Below, one piece after another: positions 55,393 to 64,000 of a stretch of DNA of 64,000 nucleotides. The position numbers and the translations under genes were made by a program. The stretch spans positions 8,948-72,947 of the forward strand of contig CANQKO010000001.1 of the NCBI GenBank assembly GCA_947624505.1, read 5' to 3'. Each line of letters begins with the position of its first letter. Positions within the stretch are counted from its first letter, which is position 1. The stretch is from an uncultured Bacilli bacterium (GTDB lineage: Bacteria; Bacillota_I; Bacilli_A; RF39; UBA660). The notes beneath the pieces are model-generated. The model was not told the DNA's origin. It saw only the letters and a list, made by a program, of their open reading frames with translations, and did no database searches.

Positions 55393-58300
55393 TTATTTAA
55401 CCAAAAGATTATTATTATCAAAATCAATTAAATTTTTAATATCTTCTTCTGTTAAAGAAGATAAAGAAACATTACCATCAGTACCTTTTTCAATTAATTT
55501 ATCAGCCAATATTTGTTTTTTCTTTTGCAATTCCAATATTTTTTCTTCAATTGTTCCATTCGCAATTAATTTTATAACTTCTACTTTTTTCGTTTGACCT
55601 ATGCGGTGAGCTCTATCCGTTGCTTGATTTTCAACTTGCGGATTCCACCATAAATCTAAGTGGATTACTACATCAGCACTAGTTAAGTTAAGACCCGTGC
55701 CTCCACTTTTAAGGGTTATTAAAAACACATTAGTTTTATCCGTATTAAATTTATCAACTAAATCTTGTCTTACTTTGCCTTTAACACTACCATCAATTTG
55801 ATAAAAAGTTACATTATTTTCCTTAAATTTATCTCTAACTATATCTAAAGCTTTTTTAAAACTAGTAAAGATTAATATTTTATGACCATTAGCAATACTT
55901 TCTAAAACTGTTTTTGTTAATTCATCAATTTTGGAACTAGCACCATCATAGTTTTCGTAAACTAATTTTGGATCAATACATATTTGTCTTAAACGCATCA
56001 AAAGGGTAATTATCTCAACTCTTTTGCTACTAAAACTTCCCTCTTTTAAAAGCTCATTAATCTTTTCTTTAACATTTTTAACTTCCATTGCATAAACTTT
56101 CTTTTGTTTTTCATCTAAATCTATAAAAATATTATTTTCTATTTTATCGGGTAATTCCTTTACTACATCACTCTTTTTTCTTCTTAAAATAAAAGGTGAT
56201 GTTAAAGCTTTTAAGTTAGCAATTTTTTGGCTTGCTAACTCATCTAAATCTTTAAAATGATATTTTTCATTAAAACGACTAGTACTGCTTAAATATCCTG
56301 GCATTATAAAATCAAAAATACTCCATAACTCTAAAATGGAATTTTCAAGAGGAGTCCCCGTTAGAGCAATTTTAGTTTTTGCCATTATACTTTTAACAGA
56401 TTTAGTTATTAAAGCATTAGGGTTTTTAATATTTTGAGCTTCATCAATAACACATACCTCAAAATTAAAATCTTGATATAGGGATATGTCCTCTCTTAAA
56501 GTACCATAAGAAGTAATAAATACTTCTCCATCTTGAGCATTTATCATTTTAATTCGACTATCTTTATTACCAGTTAAAACTTTAACATTAAACATTTTAT
56601 CAAAAAGAGTAAATTCTTTTAACCAATTATAAACAAGAGAAGTAGGACAAACAACTAAAAATTTACTATCTTTCTTTTGTTCATAAATTTTTCTAAAAAA
56701 GTAAATAGTTTGAATTGTTTTACCAAGGCCCATTTCATCAGCCAAAATTCCTCCTAAATCACACATATAGATGTTATATAACCACTCAACTCCGGTTATT
56801 TGATAAGGTCTTAACAATTCTTTTTCTTCTTTTTTAAAAGTTAATTTACTATCTTTATATTCATTAAAATTATTAATAAAATTATCAAATAAATTATTAG
56901 TTTTTATATTGGGATATTTCTTTCTTTTTAAATAATCCAAATAAATGGCTTGATACTTTGGTATTACGCCTTCATTATCTTTTAAAGGAATATCCAAATC
57001 ATCTAATAAATTACTTAAATCATTAATGGCTTCATCTTCTAAAGAGACAATATCCCCATTTTTTAAACGGTAATATTTTTGTTTATTTCTTAAAGATTTA
57101 ACTAAATTAGATATTTCTTCATCATTTATATTATCAATACTAAACGAATAATGCATTATATTATCTTCCCCAATAGAGAAATTACTATTAACATTGACTT
57201 TCTTTTTAATATTAGTATTTTTAATTTTTTCTGATGTATATACTTCATATTTTTCCGCTAATTCAGGTAACCCGTTTTCTAAAAAATTAACAATTAATTC
57301 TAAATCATCTAAATAAATTTTATTATTTTCAACTTTAAAATAATAGCTTTCAATATTATTTAATACCTCGTATTCATATTCTATATCACGAAGCAAATCT
57401 TTTGTATCAGCAAAATAATCTATTTCCGTATTATTATAGATAAACTTAATTTGACACATTATTTCATTGGCAAGCATATCAAAATACAATTTGGCATTTG
57501 GTTTCATAAAAGACATTACTTCTTTTAAATCATCATCTACTTTTAGATCATTTTTAATAATTGGTAATATTCCTTTATTAAAATTATCTAAATCATCTTT
57601 AGAAAATTCTAAGTTACTAATGTTATTTTCATCAAGTAATTTTAATAATTTTTGATAATCCTTATTATTATAATATATTTCATTTTTATATAATACATAT
57701 TCATAATTATTAGTAAGAGGTAAAATATTTTCATTATTAAAACTTAAATTATATAGATCATCTTTTTTACTTAAATTTATATCAATGGGTAAATTATCTT
57801 TAATACCATTAACAAGGCCAATATCTTCAACATAAAAACTTCTATTTTTTAAAAGCTTTAAAAGTTTTAAAGCATTAGCGTTTTCAAAAGTTAATTGACC
57901 ATAGTTATAATTACCATTATCGATAATAAAATTTAATAATTCTTCATCTTCTTTAGTAAAATAATATTCGTCTTTATTATATTTAAAAGATTTACCAAAT
58001 AATACTTCGCCTTCCCCATCTTCATATACTCTAATAAATTGATTATACTTGGAATTAACAGCATATAAACGATCATAACCAATTTTTAATTTTAAATATA
58101 TATATGTCCGATAATAATTATTAATATCCAAAGAATATTCTACTTTCAACTCTTTTTTCACTAATTTCTTAGCACTAGAAAAACTATTCAAAATCATTTT
58201 GGAAATACTTTTATTATCTGTTTTAACACTTTCAAATACTTCTGAATTCATTATAACGGCCGGAATATGAGCACAAGAATGAAATCGACCAAAATCATAA

Positions 58301-58536
58301 CAATTGCAATAAAAAGTTCTTATTTGGTCATTATACATTGTTATTTTGACAGTTGATAAAGAAGAATAATAATTAGCTTCAGATACTTTAAATGTATAGC
58401 CTTTAATAAAGCCTGTATCACTTTTGGTTACTAATTCAATATCTTCATAATCATAATATTTAGCTTCTTTAATATGCCTATCTAAAATATACCCATCTAT
58501 TTGATCTAATAATTTTTCTCTCATATTTAACCTCAA
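55393..58536 (-). CDS. SNF2-family helicase/ATPase with an N-terminal SWIM zinc finger (YwqA/RapA-like)
   Basis: SWIM motif CNCYDFGRFHSCAH. SNF2 motifs LRPYQITGVEWL, ADEMGLGKT, DEAQNIKN, LTGTPLENS and DLWWNPQVENQATDRAHRIGQ. Confidence 0.9.
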   Translation of the reverse strand: MRLNMREKLLDQIDGYILDRHIKEAKYYDYEDIELVTKSDTGFIKGYTFKVSEANYYSSLSTVKITMYNDQIRTFYCNCYDFGRFHSCAHIPAVIMNSEVFESVKTDNKSISKMILNSFSSAKKLVKKELKVEYSLDINNYYRTYIYLKLKIGYDRLYAVNSKYNQFIRVYEDGEGEVLFGKSFKYNKDEYYFTKEDEELLNFIIDNGNYNYGQLTFENANALKLLKLLKNRSFYVEDIGLVNGIKDNLPIDINLSKKDDLYNLSFNNENILPLTNNYEYVLYKNEIYYNNKDYQKLLKLLDENNISNLEFSKDDLDNFNKGILPIIKNDLKVDDDLKEVMSFMKPNAKLYFDMLANEIMCQIKFIYNNTEIDYFADTKDLLRDIEYEYEVLNNIESYYFKVENNKIYLDDLELIVNFLENGLPELAEKYEVYTSEKIKNTNIKKKVNVNSNFSIGEDNIMHYSFSIDNINDEEISNLVKSLRNKQKYYRLKNGDIVSLEDEAINDLSNLLDDLDIPLKDNEGVIPKYQAIYLDYLKRKKYPNIKTNNLFDNFINNFNEYKDSKLTFKKEEKELLRPYQITGVEWLYNIYMCDLGGILADEMGLGKTIQTIYFFRKIYEQKKDSKFLVVCPTSLVYNWLKEFTLFDKMFNVKVLTGNKDSRIKMINAQDGEVFITSYGTLREDISLYQDFNFEVCVIDEAQNIKNPNALITKSVKSIMAKTKIALTGTPLENSILELWSIFDFIMPGYLSSTSRFNEKYHFKDLDELASQKIANLKALTSPFILRRKKSDVVKELPDKIENNIFIDLDEKQKKVYAMEVKNVKEKINELLKEGSFSSKRVEIITLLMRLRQICIDPKLVYENYDGASSKIDELTKTVLESIANGHKILIFTSFKKALDIVRDKFKENNVTFYQIDGSVKGKVRQDLVDKFNTDKTNVFLITLKSGGTGLNLTSADVVIHLDLWWNPQVENQATDRAHRIGQTKKVEVIKLIANGTIEEKILELQKKKQILADKLIEKGTDGNVSLSSLTEEDIKNLIDFDNNNLLVK

Positions 58537-58578
58537 TTTCCATTACTATAACAAATGTTTGTAGAAATGTAAATGCTT

Positions 58579-59385
58579 TTAATTATTATTTTTAAAATTA
58601 TTGTACCAATCACTTAATTTGTCTTTAATACTTTCAAAAAGTGAACTACCAACATCTTTAAGAAGTGATAAAGCATCTTTAGTATATTTAACAAATTCAT
58701 CTTTAGCATTAATGATATCTTGATAATATTCTTCCCCAAGCATTTCTTTACTAAAGTTTTTAATATTTTCACTACCTTTTTTTATTAATTCACTTGCCTT
58801 ATTAAAAGCATTTTTTGTTTTATCAGTAATATTTTCTTTATAATTAGGAAAATGTTTTTCAATTTTTTCATCTATTTTGTTAATTAAACTTAAAACCTTT
58901 TCTTGGCCTTTTTCCGTTAATTCATCAAATGTAATTCCTTTTATTTTTCCATCATAAAAAACAAAGTCAACTAAAGTAATAAATATTCCCTTAACTTTAC
59001 TTTTACTATCTTCACTTTTATCTTTAAGTAATAAGTTATCTACTTCAGTATCAATTTCCTCAATTTTATTAATTACAGTAATATCTTTAGTTGAATAAAT
59101 TACTTCTTCATTTGGTTTATTATCATCTTTAGAAGTATTATTTACATCATTATTGCTAGAAGTATTTTCTTTTTGATCTGAATCATTATTATTGATATCA
59201 TTATTATTAATATCATTTTCTTGTATACTTTCATCAACATATTTATCTTCATTCATATCTTGAATAACACTAGCACTATTATTTATATTATCTTGCTTTA
59301 CGCTCGTATAATTTTCTTTTGCACCAGAACAGCCAGTTAAAAAAATAGTTAAAATTAAAATTAAAATAAAATTTTTCATAAACAT
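58579..59385 (-). CDS. Lipoprotein with an N/D-rich low-complexity linker
   Basis: Lipobox ILTIFLTGCSG. Has an NDINNNDINNNDSD repeat region and a helical C-terminal domain. Confidence 0.75.
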   Translation of the reverse strand: MFMKNFILILILTIFLTGCSGAKENYTSVKQDNINNSASVIQDMNEDKYVDESIQENDINNNDINNNDSDQKENTSSNNDVNNTSKDDNKPNEEVIYSTKDITVINKIEEIDTEVDNLLLKDKSEDSKSKVKGIFITLVDFVFYDGKIKGITFDELTEKGQEKVLSLINKIDEKIEKHFPNYKENITDKTKNAFNKASELIKKGSENIKNFSKEMLGEEYYQDIINAKDEFVKYTKDALSLLKDVGSSLFESIKDKLSDWYNNFKNNN

Positions 59386-59429
59386 CGACCATATTGTACC
59401 ATAATTTTATAAAAAACAAAATATTTAGT

Positions 59430-59459
59430 TTGACAATAACGTGCCGCACGTGTTACAAT
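59430..59459 (+). promoter_or_regulatory. Promoter with a GC-rich palindrome in the spacer
   Basis: TTGACA (59430-59435), an 18-nt spacer, then TACAAT (59454-59459). The spacer contains ACGTGC-c-GCACGT (59439-59451). Confidence 0.6.
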
Positions 59460-59485
59460 TATATTAAGAAAGGAGATGAAAAAAA

Positions 59486-59980
59486 ATGAACAATAAAATA
59501 ATTGCGGAAATCAGAAAGAAACAAGATGAATTAATAGTGATGATTAATACTACTTTTGATCAAATTGTTAATGATGTTAGCAAATTAAAAAACATTAATA
59601 ATGCTAATAACCAATATGAACTTATTTATCCTTTAACAAACGCTGGTGGTTTTAAAGGTAAAAAAGTTATTGCTGTTATCATCAATAACAAAAGATATAT
59701 CGCTGCCACTTGGAAAAACGCAGTTAAAATAATTCTCGAAGATGCTCTTTCCGACAAACAAACAAAGAAAAAAATAATGGATTTACGAGATATTATTTTA
59801 GGGCGAACAAGAAACAGACTATCAAAAAGTTCTACAGGAATGCGCAGTCCTATAGAACTTGATAAAAATCTATATATCGAAACTCATTATGATACTGAAT
59901 CGTTAATTAAACTACTATTAGAAATATTAAATGATGTTTCTTATGATTACAGTAACATTAGAATTGTTATTAAAAATTAG
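59486..59980 (+). CDS. Hypothetical 164-aa protein
   Basis: ORF with the RBS AAAGGAGATGA upstream and a strong terminator downstream. No family recognised. Confidence 0.6.
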   Translation: MNNKIIAEIRKKQDELIVMINTTFDQIVNDVSKLKNINNANNQYELIYPLTNAGGFKGKKVIAVIINNKRYIAATWKNAVKIILEDALSDKQTKKKIMDLRDIILGRTRNRLSKSSTGMRSPIELDKNLYIETHYDTESLIKLLLEILNDVSYDYSNIRIVIKN

Positions 59981-59986
59981 TATATG

Positions 59987-60015
59987 TGAATAACCTATTG
60001 GTTATTCATTTTTAT
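59987..60015. terminator. Bidirectional terminator
   Basis: Stem tgaataacc, loop tatt, stem ggttattca, then TTTTTATTTT. Confidence 0.7.
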
Positions 60016-60517
60016 TTTCGTTAATATTTTGATATTTTTGATTAAAGTTTCTAATTAAAACAATAAAGGCACAAATAAATGTAATGGTATACATTAGTAA
60101 AAAAACAAACTCCCAAATATTTTCTAACAAATGATTTGTAGTTAAAATCTCTATATAATTGTAACCAATATCTCTGATTAAATCAAACGGTAACTTTAAC
60201 AAAATCAAAATCAAAACAGTATAAATAATTTCCCAAATCATTTTCTTTCTAATCTTAGCATCTTTATTGGCAAAGACCCCTCTTAAATCATTAATTGTAT
60301 TCATTATATTATTAAATAAACCTTTATCTAACTTTTGATAATCAATACCCCTACTTTGGTATACATCTTTGGCAATCTTTTTAATTTCAACTTTTTCATC
60401 ATTCAATGCTAAATCATATTTAGTTATTTCTTTTTTTCTTTCCTCTTCTAATAAAAATCTTAATTCCTTATTTAATTTTTTTATATTTTCTTCTTTCATT
60501 ATCATCAACCCAATCAT
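60002..60517 (-). CDS. Membrane protein, possibly DUF1700/HAAS-like
   Basis: The N-terminal soluble helical region (LNKELRFLLEEERKKEITKY...IKKIAKDV) resembles the DUF1700 N-terminus. Two C-terminal TM helices. Start is ambiguous. Confidence 0.4.
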   Translation of the reverse strand: MIGLMIMKEENIKKLNKELRFLLEEERKKEITKYDLALNDEKVEIKKIAKDVYQSRGIDYQKLDKGLFNNIMNTINDLRGVFANKDAKIRKKMIWEIIYTVLILILLKLPFDLIRDIGYNYIEILTTNHLLENIWEFVFLLMYTITFICAFIVLIRNFNQKYQNINENKNE

Positions 60518-60561
60518 ATTATATCAAATATATTTCCTTAAAAAAAGTAGATTTCTCTACT

Positions 60562-61179
60562 TTAATTTTTCTTACTAATAAGAATTAAACCAACAAAGCC
60601 ACCGATTAAAACAACACAGACACTAACAATGATGATTATATCACTTGTTTCTAATTTATTAGTTTCAGTAGTAGGCATAATATCACAACTAGCAGCACCA
60701 TGTTCTTTAACCATTGCTGATAAGTCATAGTTTTTTTCTGTAGCTTTAGCACTAACTTCATCTTTATATTTTTTATTGCTTTGTTCTTTAATTATTCTAT
60801 CATATAAATCGTCTAAGTTATCAGCTCCAACTTGTAAGTAATCACCAACAACAATTGTAGGGGTTGCAAGTCTTTCTGTATCTTCATCGTGCAACTCTAA
60901 CATATCTTGCATTAATGATAAAGCATCTTCATTTCCTAATATCCAAGTAGCATTATTTGGATTAGTATAATCAGTTCCACACCATACTTCAACATTGACA
61001 AGTTCAAAAGCATCGGGATTTTCTTCTAATTTACCTTCAAAATATTTGAAAGCTTCTTCACAAGCTGTACAACCATTTTTAGTAAACATATATACTTTAA
61101 CATCGTTTTTAGCATAACTATATGGTATAAAAATAATTAATGAGAGCAACGCTACTAAACTAAAATATATTTTTTTCAT
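60562..61179 (-). CDS. Secreted, C-terminally anchored thioredoxin-fold protein (CxxC)
   Basis: Signal peptide, then the redox motif KNGCTACEEAF, and a C-terminal TM helix IIIIVSVCVVLIGGFVGLILI. Confidence 0.6.
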   Translation of the reverse strand: MKKIYFSLVALLSLIIFIPYSYAKNDVKVYMFTKNGCTACEEAFKYFEGKLEENPDAFELVNVEVWCGTDYTNPNNATWILGNEDALSLMQDMLELHDEDTERLATPTIVVGDYLQVGADNLDDLYDRIIKEQSNKKYKDEVSAKATEKNYDLSAMVKEHGAASCDIMPTTETNKLETSDIIIIVSVCVVLIGGFVGLILISKKN

Positions 61180-61222
61180 TTTTTACCTCCATACCCAAAT
61201 TATAACAAATATACTTTTAGTT

Positions 61223-61777
61223 TTAAAGTTTTTTCTCTAATGTTTTATATATTTTCACAATTCTTACGATAATTTCTTTATCATCTATATCAATTTTATT
61301 AGTACTAATTAATGTTGCTAGACCATTTGCATATAACCATATGTGCATAAATAAATCTTTAGCTTCAACAAAAGTGTAACCCTGTTTATTAACTAAATTA
61401 ATAATAGCCCCTTGATTCCATTTTTCATTTAAAACATCATCAATACTTTCCCATTTTAAATTATTAGCTAAAAATAAGCTATTAAATAAATTTTTATAAT
61501 ATTTAGCAAATTCAACATAAGCAACACATAAAGTAACTAAAGCTTTTTTATTATCAACTCGACTAGTTATAAATTCATCATATTGTTTATATATTTCTTT
61601 GTAAATATCTTCTTTTATTTCATCCATATTTTGATAGATACGATATAATGGTTTAGTCGATATCTTTAATTCTTTGGCTAAATCTCTAGCATTAAGTGAA
61701 TCCCAACCTTTTTTATTGATCATAACAACAGCTTTTTTAATTATAGTCTCTTTTTCTAACTTGCAACTTGCTGGCAT
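61223..61777 (-). CDS. TetR/AcrR-family transcriptional regulator
   Basis: KETIIKKAVVMINKKGWDSLNARDLAKELKISTKPLYRIY is the TetR N-terminal HTH. Confidence 0.85.
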   Translation of the reverse strand: MPASCKLEKETIIKKAVVMINKKGWDSLNARDLAKELKISTKPLYRIYQNMDEIKEDIYKEIYKQYDEFITSRVDNKKALVTLCVAYVEFAKYYKNLFNSLFLANNLKWESIDDVLNEKWNQGAIINLVNKQGYTFVEAKDLFMHIWLYANGLATLISTNKIDIDDKEIIVRIVKIYKTLEKKL

Positions 61778-61790
61778 ATTATCACCCCTC

Positions 61791-61839
61791 TAGTAACTAT
61801 TGTTACCATAATTATAATATCTTTATTTCTACTTGTCAA
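61791..61839 (-). promoter_or_regulatory. tetR promoter and overlapping inverted-repeat operator
   Basis: Minus strand: TTGACA (61839-61834), a 17-nt spacer, then TATAAT (61816-61811). The inverted repeat TGGTAAC-aata-GTTACTA (61808-61791) starts 2 nt after the -10. Confidence 0.6.
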
Positions 61840-61875
61840 ACTTTTACTTTTGAAATTTGGAACATATAAAATTAA

Positions 61876-61904
61876 TTGACATTAAGGCCATCTTATGGTA
61901 AAGT
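61876..61904 (+). promoter_or_regulatory. Promoter of the J-domain protein gene
   Basis: TTGACA (61876-61881), a 17-nt spacer ending in TGg, then TAAAGT (61899-61904). The ORF-track TTG start is the -35 box itself. Confidence 0.6.
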
Positions 61905-61935
61905 AGCAAACGTTTATAAAAAAGGGGGAAATTAT

Positions 61936-63585
61936 ATGAATTTTTATGAAACCTTAAATATATTTGGATTAAATAGTAATTATACAGAAGAAGAATTAAA
62001 TAAAAAATATTACGCTCTAGCTAAAAAATATCACCCAGATGCTTTAGCTAAAAAATCAGTAGAAGAACAAGCATCATCGACTGAGAAATTTAAAAAAATA
62101 AATGAAGCTAAAGATATTTTAAGTAAAGCTTTAAAAGGCGAAAAGAACCGAACTGAAAGAAAAAAAGATAATTATAATTACACCAGTTATAATTATGATC
62201 CGAAAAAGAATTATGAAGATTTAAAAAAATATAAAGGTGAAATTCTAGATTTTATTGGGAAAAATTCCTTTGTAAGTAGGGAAGTTAAAGATGAATATAG
62301 TAAAATTATATATGATTTTATAACCTTTGTTTCGGAATATAAAATGTTTATCACAAAAGAATATGATAAAGATTTAATAGATGATTTACATAAGAGATAT
62401 AAAACAAAGCTTAGAGAATGGTATCAAAGATTTAAAGAAGATTTTTTTACTAAGCATAATATTCTTTTAGAGGTACCTTTTGATATTAATATTAATTTGT
62501 CTATTAATGCATTTTATGAAAATTTAATAAAGTTTGAACATAATTATAATAATGTTATAAAAGAAATTGATGATATAATATATCCTTTTAAACATTATGC
62601 TTATTATGATGAGATTAAAGACGAAATTGAAAAATTAAGAAAAAAAACAATTATTGACATTTGTGATAACTATAATAAAAAACATTATTGCTATCAAAAT
62701 TTACAAGATGATATTAAAAATTTATTTGAATTTTATTCTAGTAATAAACCCCTATATTTAGAATTAGAAGAAATAATAAATAAAGATAATTTACCTTTTT
62801 ATGCCCAACTTGAAGAACTTAAAGGAAACATTTATAAGCCAATATTTCAACTTTATTATATGAAGTTAAAGTTGGAAGTTAATCGTTTAGGGGGTATACT
62901 TAATCATTACGGTGAAATAAGGGAAATTGAAAATAATCTAACTATTAAATATAATGACGCCATAAAAAATACAAAAGATAAAATGGCTAGAGATATGATA
63001 GGTTACTTATACAATAAGATAATTAATTTTTTAGGAAGAAAAATTGAGACAAGTTTTGAAAGTCTTCAACTACTTAATAAAATTAATTTTGTTAATTATG
63101 AAGAAACTTTAAATATTTATGAAAGTGTTGATAAATTTTTAATTACTGATAAAAAAGTTGAAATTTATTTAAGAACAAATAGCACCGATACGGTAGCGGA
63201 CAAACACATTAAAATTGACAGTGAAGAATATGATATAGCATTTATTAACAATGAAAAAGTAATAAATGAAATTTATAATAATGTAGAAACTAGCATTATA
63301 TCTTTAGATGAATTTATGAATCTTGCCAGTGAATTTTTTGTAACATTTGATTGGAATGGTGAACACTGTGTGGGACTTTACCGTGTTAGTGGTTTAGTTT
63401 TATGTATCTATAGAGGTCATTTAGAATTTTTAAATGGTGTTATGATTTCAAATATCGAATTTCCTGAAGAAAAAGACTTTGGTAAACTACGATGGAAAAA
63501 ATTTATTAAAAGTTTAATTATTAATGAATCTTACCAAGATATTGAAAAATTTAAAAATAATAATAAAATGAAAATTGTAAGATAA
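61936..63585 (+). CDS. J-domain (DnaJ-like) protein with a ~480-aa uncharacterised C-terminal region
   Basis: I place the start at 61936 (RBS AAAGGGGGAA). NFYETLNIFGLNSNYTEEELNKKYYALAKKYHPD...KFKKINEAKDIL is a J domain with an intact HPD. There is no Gly/Phe region or zinc-finger domain. Confidence 0.8.
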   Translation: MNFYETLNIFGLNSNYTEEELNKKYYALAKKYHPDALAKKSVEEQASSTEKFKKINEAKDILSKALKGEKNRTERKKDNYNYTSYNYDPKKNYEDLKKYKGEILDFIGKNSFVSREVKDEYSKIIYDFITFVSEYKMFITKEYDKDLIDDLHKRYKTKLREWYQRFKEDFFTKHNILLEVPFDININLSINAFYENLIKFEHNYNNVIKEIDDIIYPFKHYAYYDEIKDEIEKLRKKTIIDICDNYNKKHYCYQNLQDDIKNLFEFYSSNKPLYLELEEIINKDNLPFYAQLEELKGNIYKPIFQLYYMKLKLEVNRLGGILNHYGEIREIENNLTIKYNDAIKNTKDKMARDMIGYLYNKIINFLGRKIETSFESLQLLNKINFVNYEETLNIYESVDKFLITDKKVEIYLRTNSTDTVADKHIKIDSEEYDIAFINNEKVINEIYNNVETSIISLDEFMNLASEFFVTFDWNGEHCVGLYRVSGLVLCIYRGHLEFLNGVMISNIEFPEEKDFGKLRWKKFIKSLIINESYQDIEKFKNNNKMKIVR

Positions 63586-63608
63586 AAAAGCTGATTATTT
63601 TGGTATAA

Positions 63609-63863
63609 TCAGTCTTTTTTATTATTTTTTGTTAACGTTCTACTCATAGGTTTTTCTTGCTCTACTTCTTCACTAGCCCCCACAATGGAAATTGGAGATC
63701 CAAAAGTATCATACTCATAGTATGCTCGGTACATTCCCGGGGTATATTTAGACTTTTGCAAATAAAAACTATTTTTTTCACTTGTACCGATGGTTAAATG
63801 CTGAGGCCTATATGTGAGTTTACTATAATCAATATTTGGATGTTTAATTTTTTTATCTTCCAT
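63609..63863 (-). CDS. Hypothetical 84-aa protein
   Basis: ORF whose RBS AAGGAGGG (63866-63873) abuts the pheT stop codon. No motif recognised. Confidence 0.45.
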   Translation of the reverse strand: MEDKKIKHPNIDYSKLTYRPQHLTIGTSEKNSFYLQKSKYTPGMYRAYYEYDTFGSPISIVGASEEVEQEKPMSRTLTKNNKKD

Positions 63864-63872
63864 AAACCCTCC

Positions 63873-64000
63873 TTACTTATCTCTAATCGTGGCGTTATAT
63901 TTATGACAAATATTATCAATTATTTTATTAAATATAGTCATTACTTCTTCTTCGGTTAAAGTTCTTGTTTTATCTTCAAATGTTAAATTATACGCAATGG
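63873..64000 (-). CDS. pheT: Phenylalanine--tRNA ligase beta subunit, C-terminal end only
   Basis: My minus-strand translation gives ...AYNLTFEDKTRTLTEEEVMTIFNKIIDNICHKYNATIRDK*. This is the typical FDX-ACB domain end of PheT (S..F.L.F.d..rTLtdeEv). Confidence 0.75.
   Translation of the reverse strand, partial: IAYNLTFEDKTRTLTEEEVMTIFNKIIDNICHKYNATIRDK

Noticed and set aside
61876-61935. The TTG-initiated 20-aa extension of the J-domain protein
   Set aside because: That TTG is the first base of a TTGACA -35 box. The ATG at 61936 has a strong RBS and begins exactly at the J domain.
1-64000. A search for CRISPR arrays, rRNA/tRNA genes, IS elements and prophage genes
   Set aside because: There are no regularly spaced direct repeats. 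No intergenic region is long enough or structured like a tRNA or rRNA. No transposase, integrase, capsid or terminase-like ORFs are present. All intergenic gaps over 100 nt are accounted for by promoters, leaders or terminators.

Overview
This is a 64-kb window from a very AT-rich genome. My hand counts give about 27% GC in ordinary genes. The organism looks like a cell-walled, spore-forming Bacillota type, judging from CwlD, GerQ, WhiA, FemAB, class B sortases and FtsEX-M23. About 90% of genes lie on the minus strand.

Housekeeping backbone:
- eno (5' part only, cut by the window edge), argS, an RDD protein and htrA
- rplM-rpsI
- an NAD operon (nadE-nadD-pncC-kinase-nrtR)
- truA, whiA, and ftsE-ftsX with an M23 peptidase
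- rpsL-rpsG-fusA-tuf
- rplK-rplA-rplJ-rplL, with an L10-leader-like 5' UTR
- the 3' end of pheT

Accessory or unusual content:
1. A small defence-flavoured stretch at 7.0-16.4 kb. It holds an Abi_2 gene, a dinD homologue, an XRE regulator, and a tight four-gene operon of NucS-like nuclease, D12 adenine methylase, an unknown protein and a deoxyinosine DNA glycosylase.
2. Two truncated, catalytically dead EcfA-like ORFs directly upstream of truA, where ecfA-ecfA'-ecfT normally sit.
3. Three non-ribosomal genes (an E/K-rich membrane-anchored protein, a small membrane protein and a pseudopilin-like protein) where rpoB-rpoC normally lie.
4. An L11 with a roughly 59-aa acidic tail.
5. Two class B sortases and two candidate substrates with an NPxT[GS]D signal.
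6. A promoter-to-terminator four-gene operon of unknown function (CxxCxxCC protein, a 518-aa protein, a 553-aa SAP/Rho_N-like protein and an acidic mini-protein).
7. A ligase-ACP-PPTase-GT8-GT8-acyltransferase cluster.
8. An AbiEi/AbiEii pair with a repeat-flanked promoter, next to a SWIM-SNF2 helicase.
9. A large orphan J-domain protein.

I saw no rRNA, tRNA, CRISPR array, transposase or integrase. All functional calls come from reading motifs by eye in the supplied translations or in my own translations. No database search or structure prediction was run, so family names are recognition-level hypotheses.
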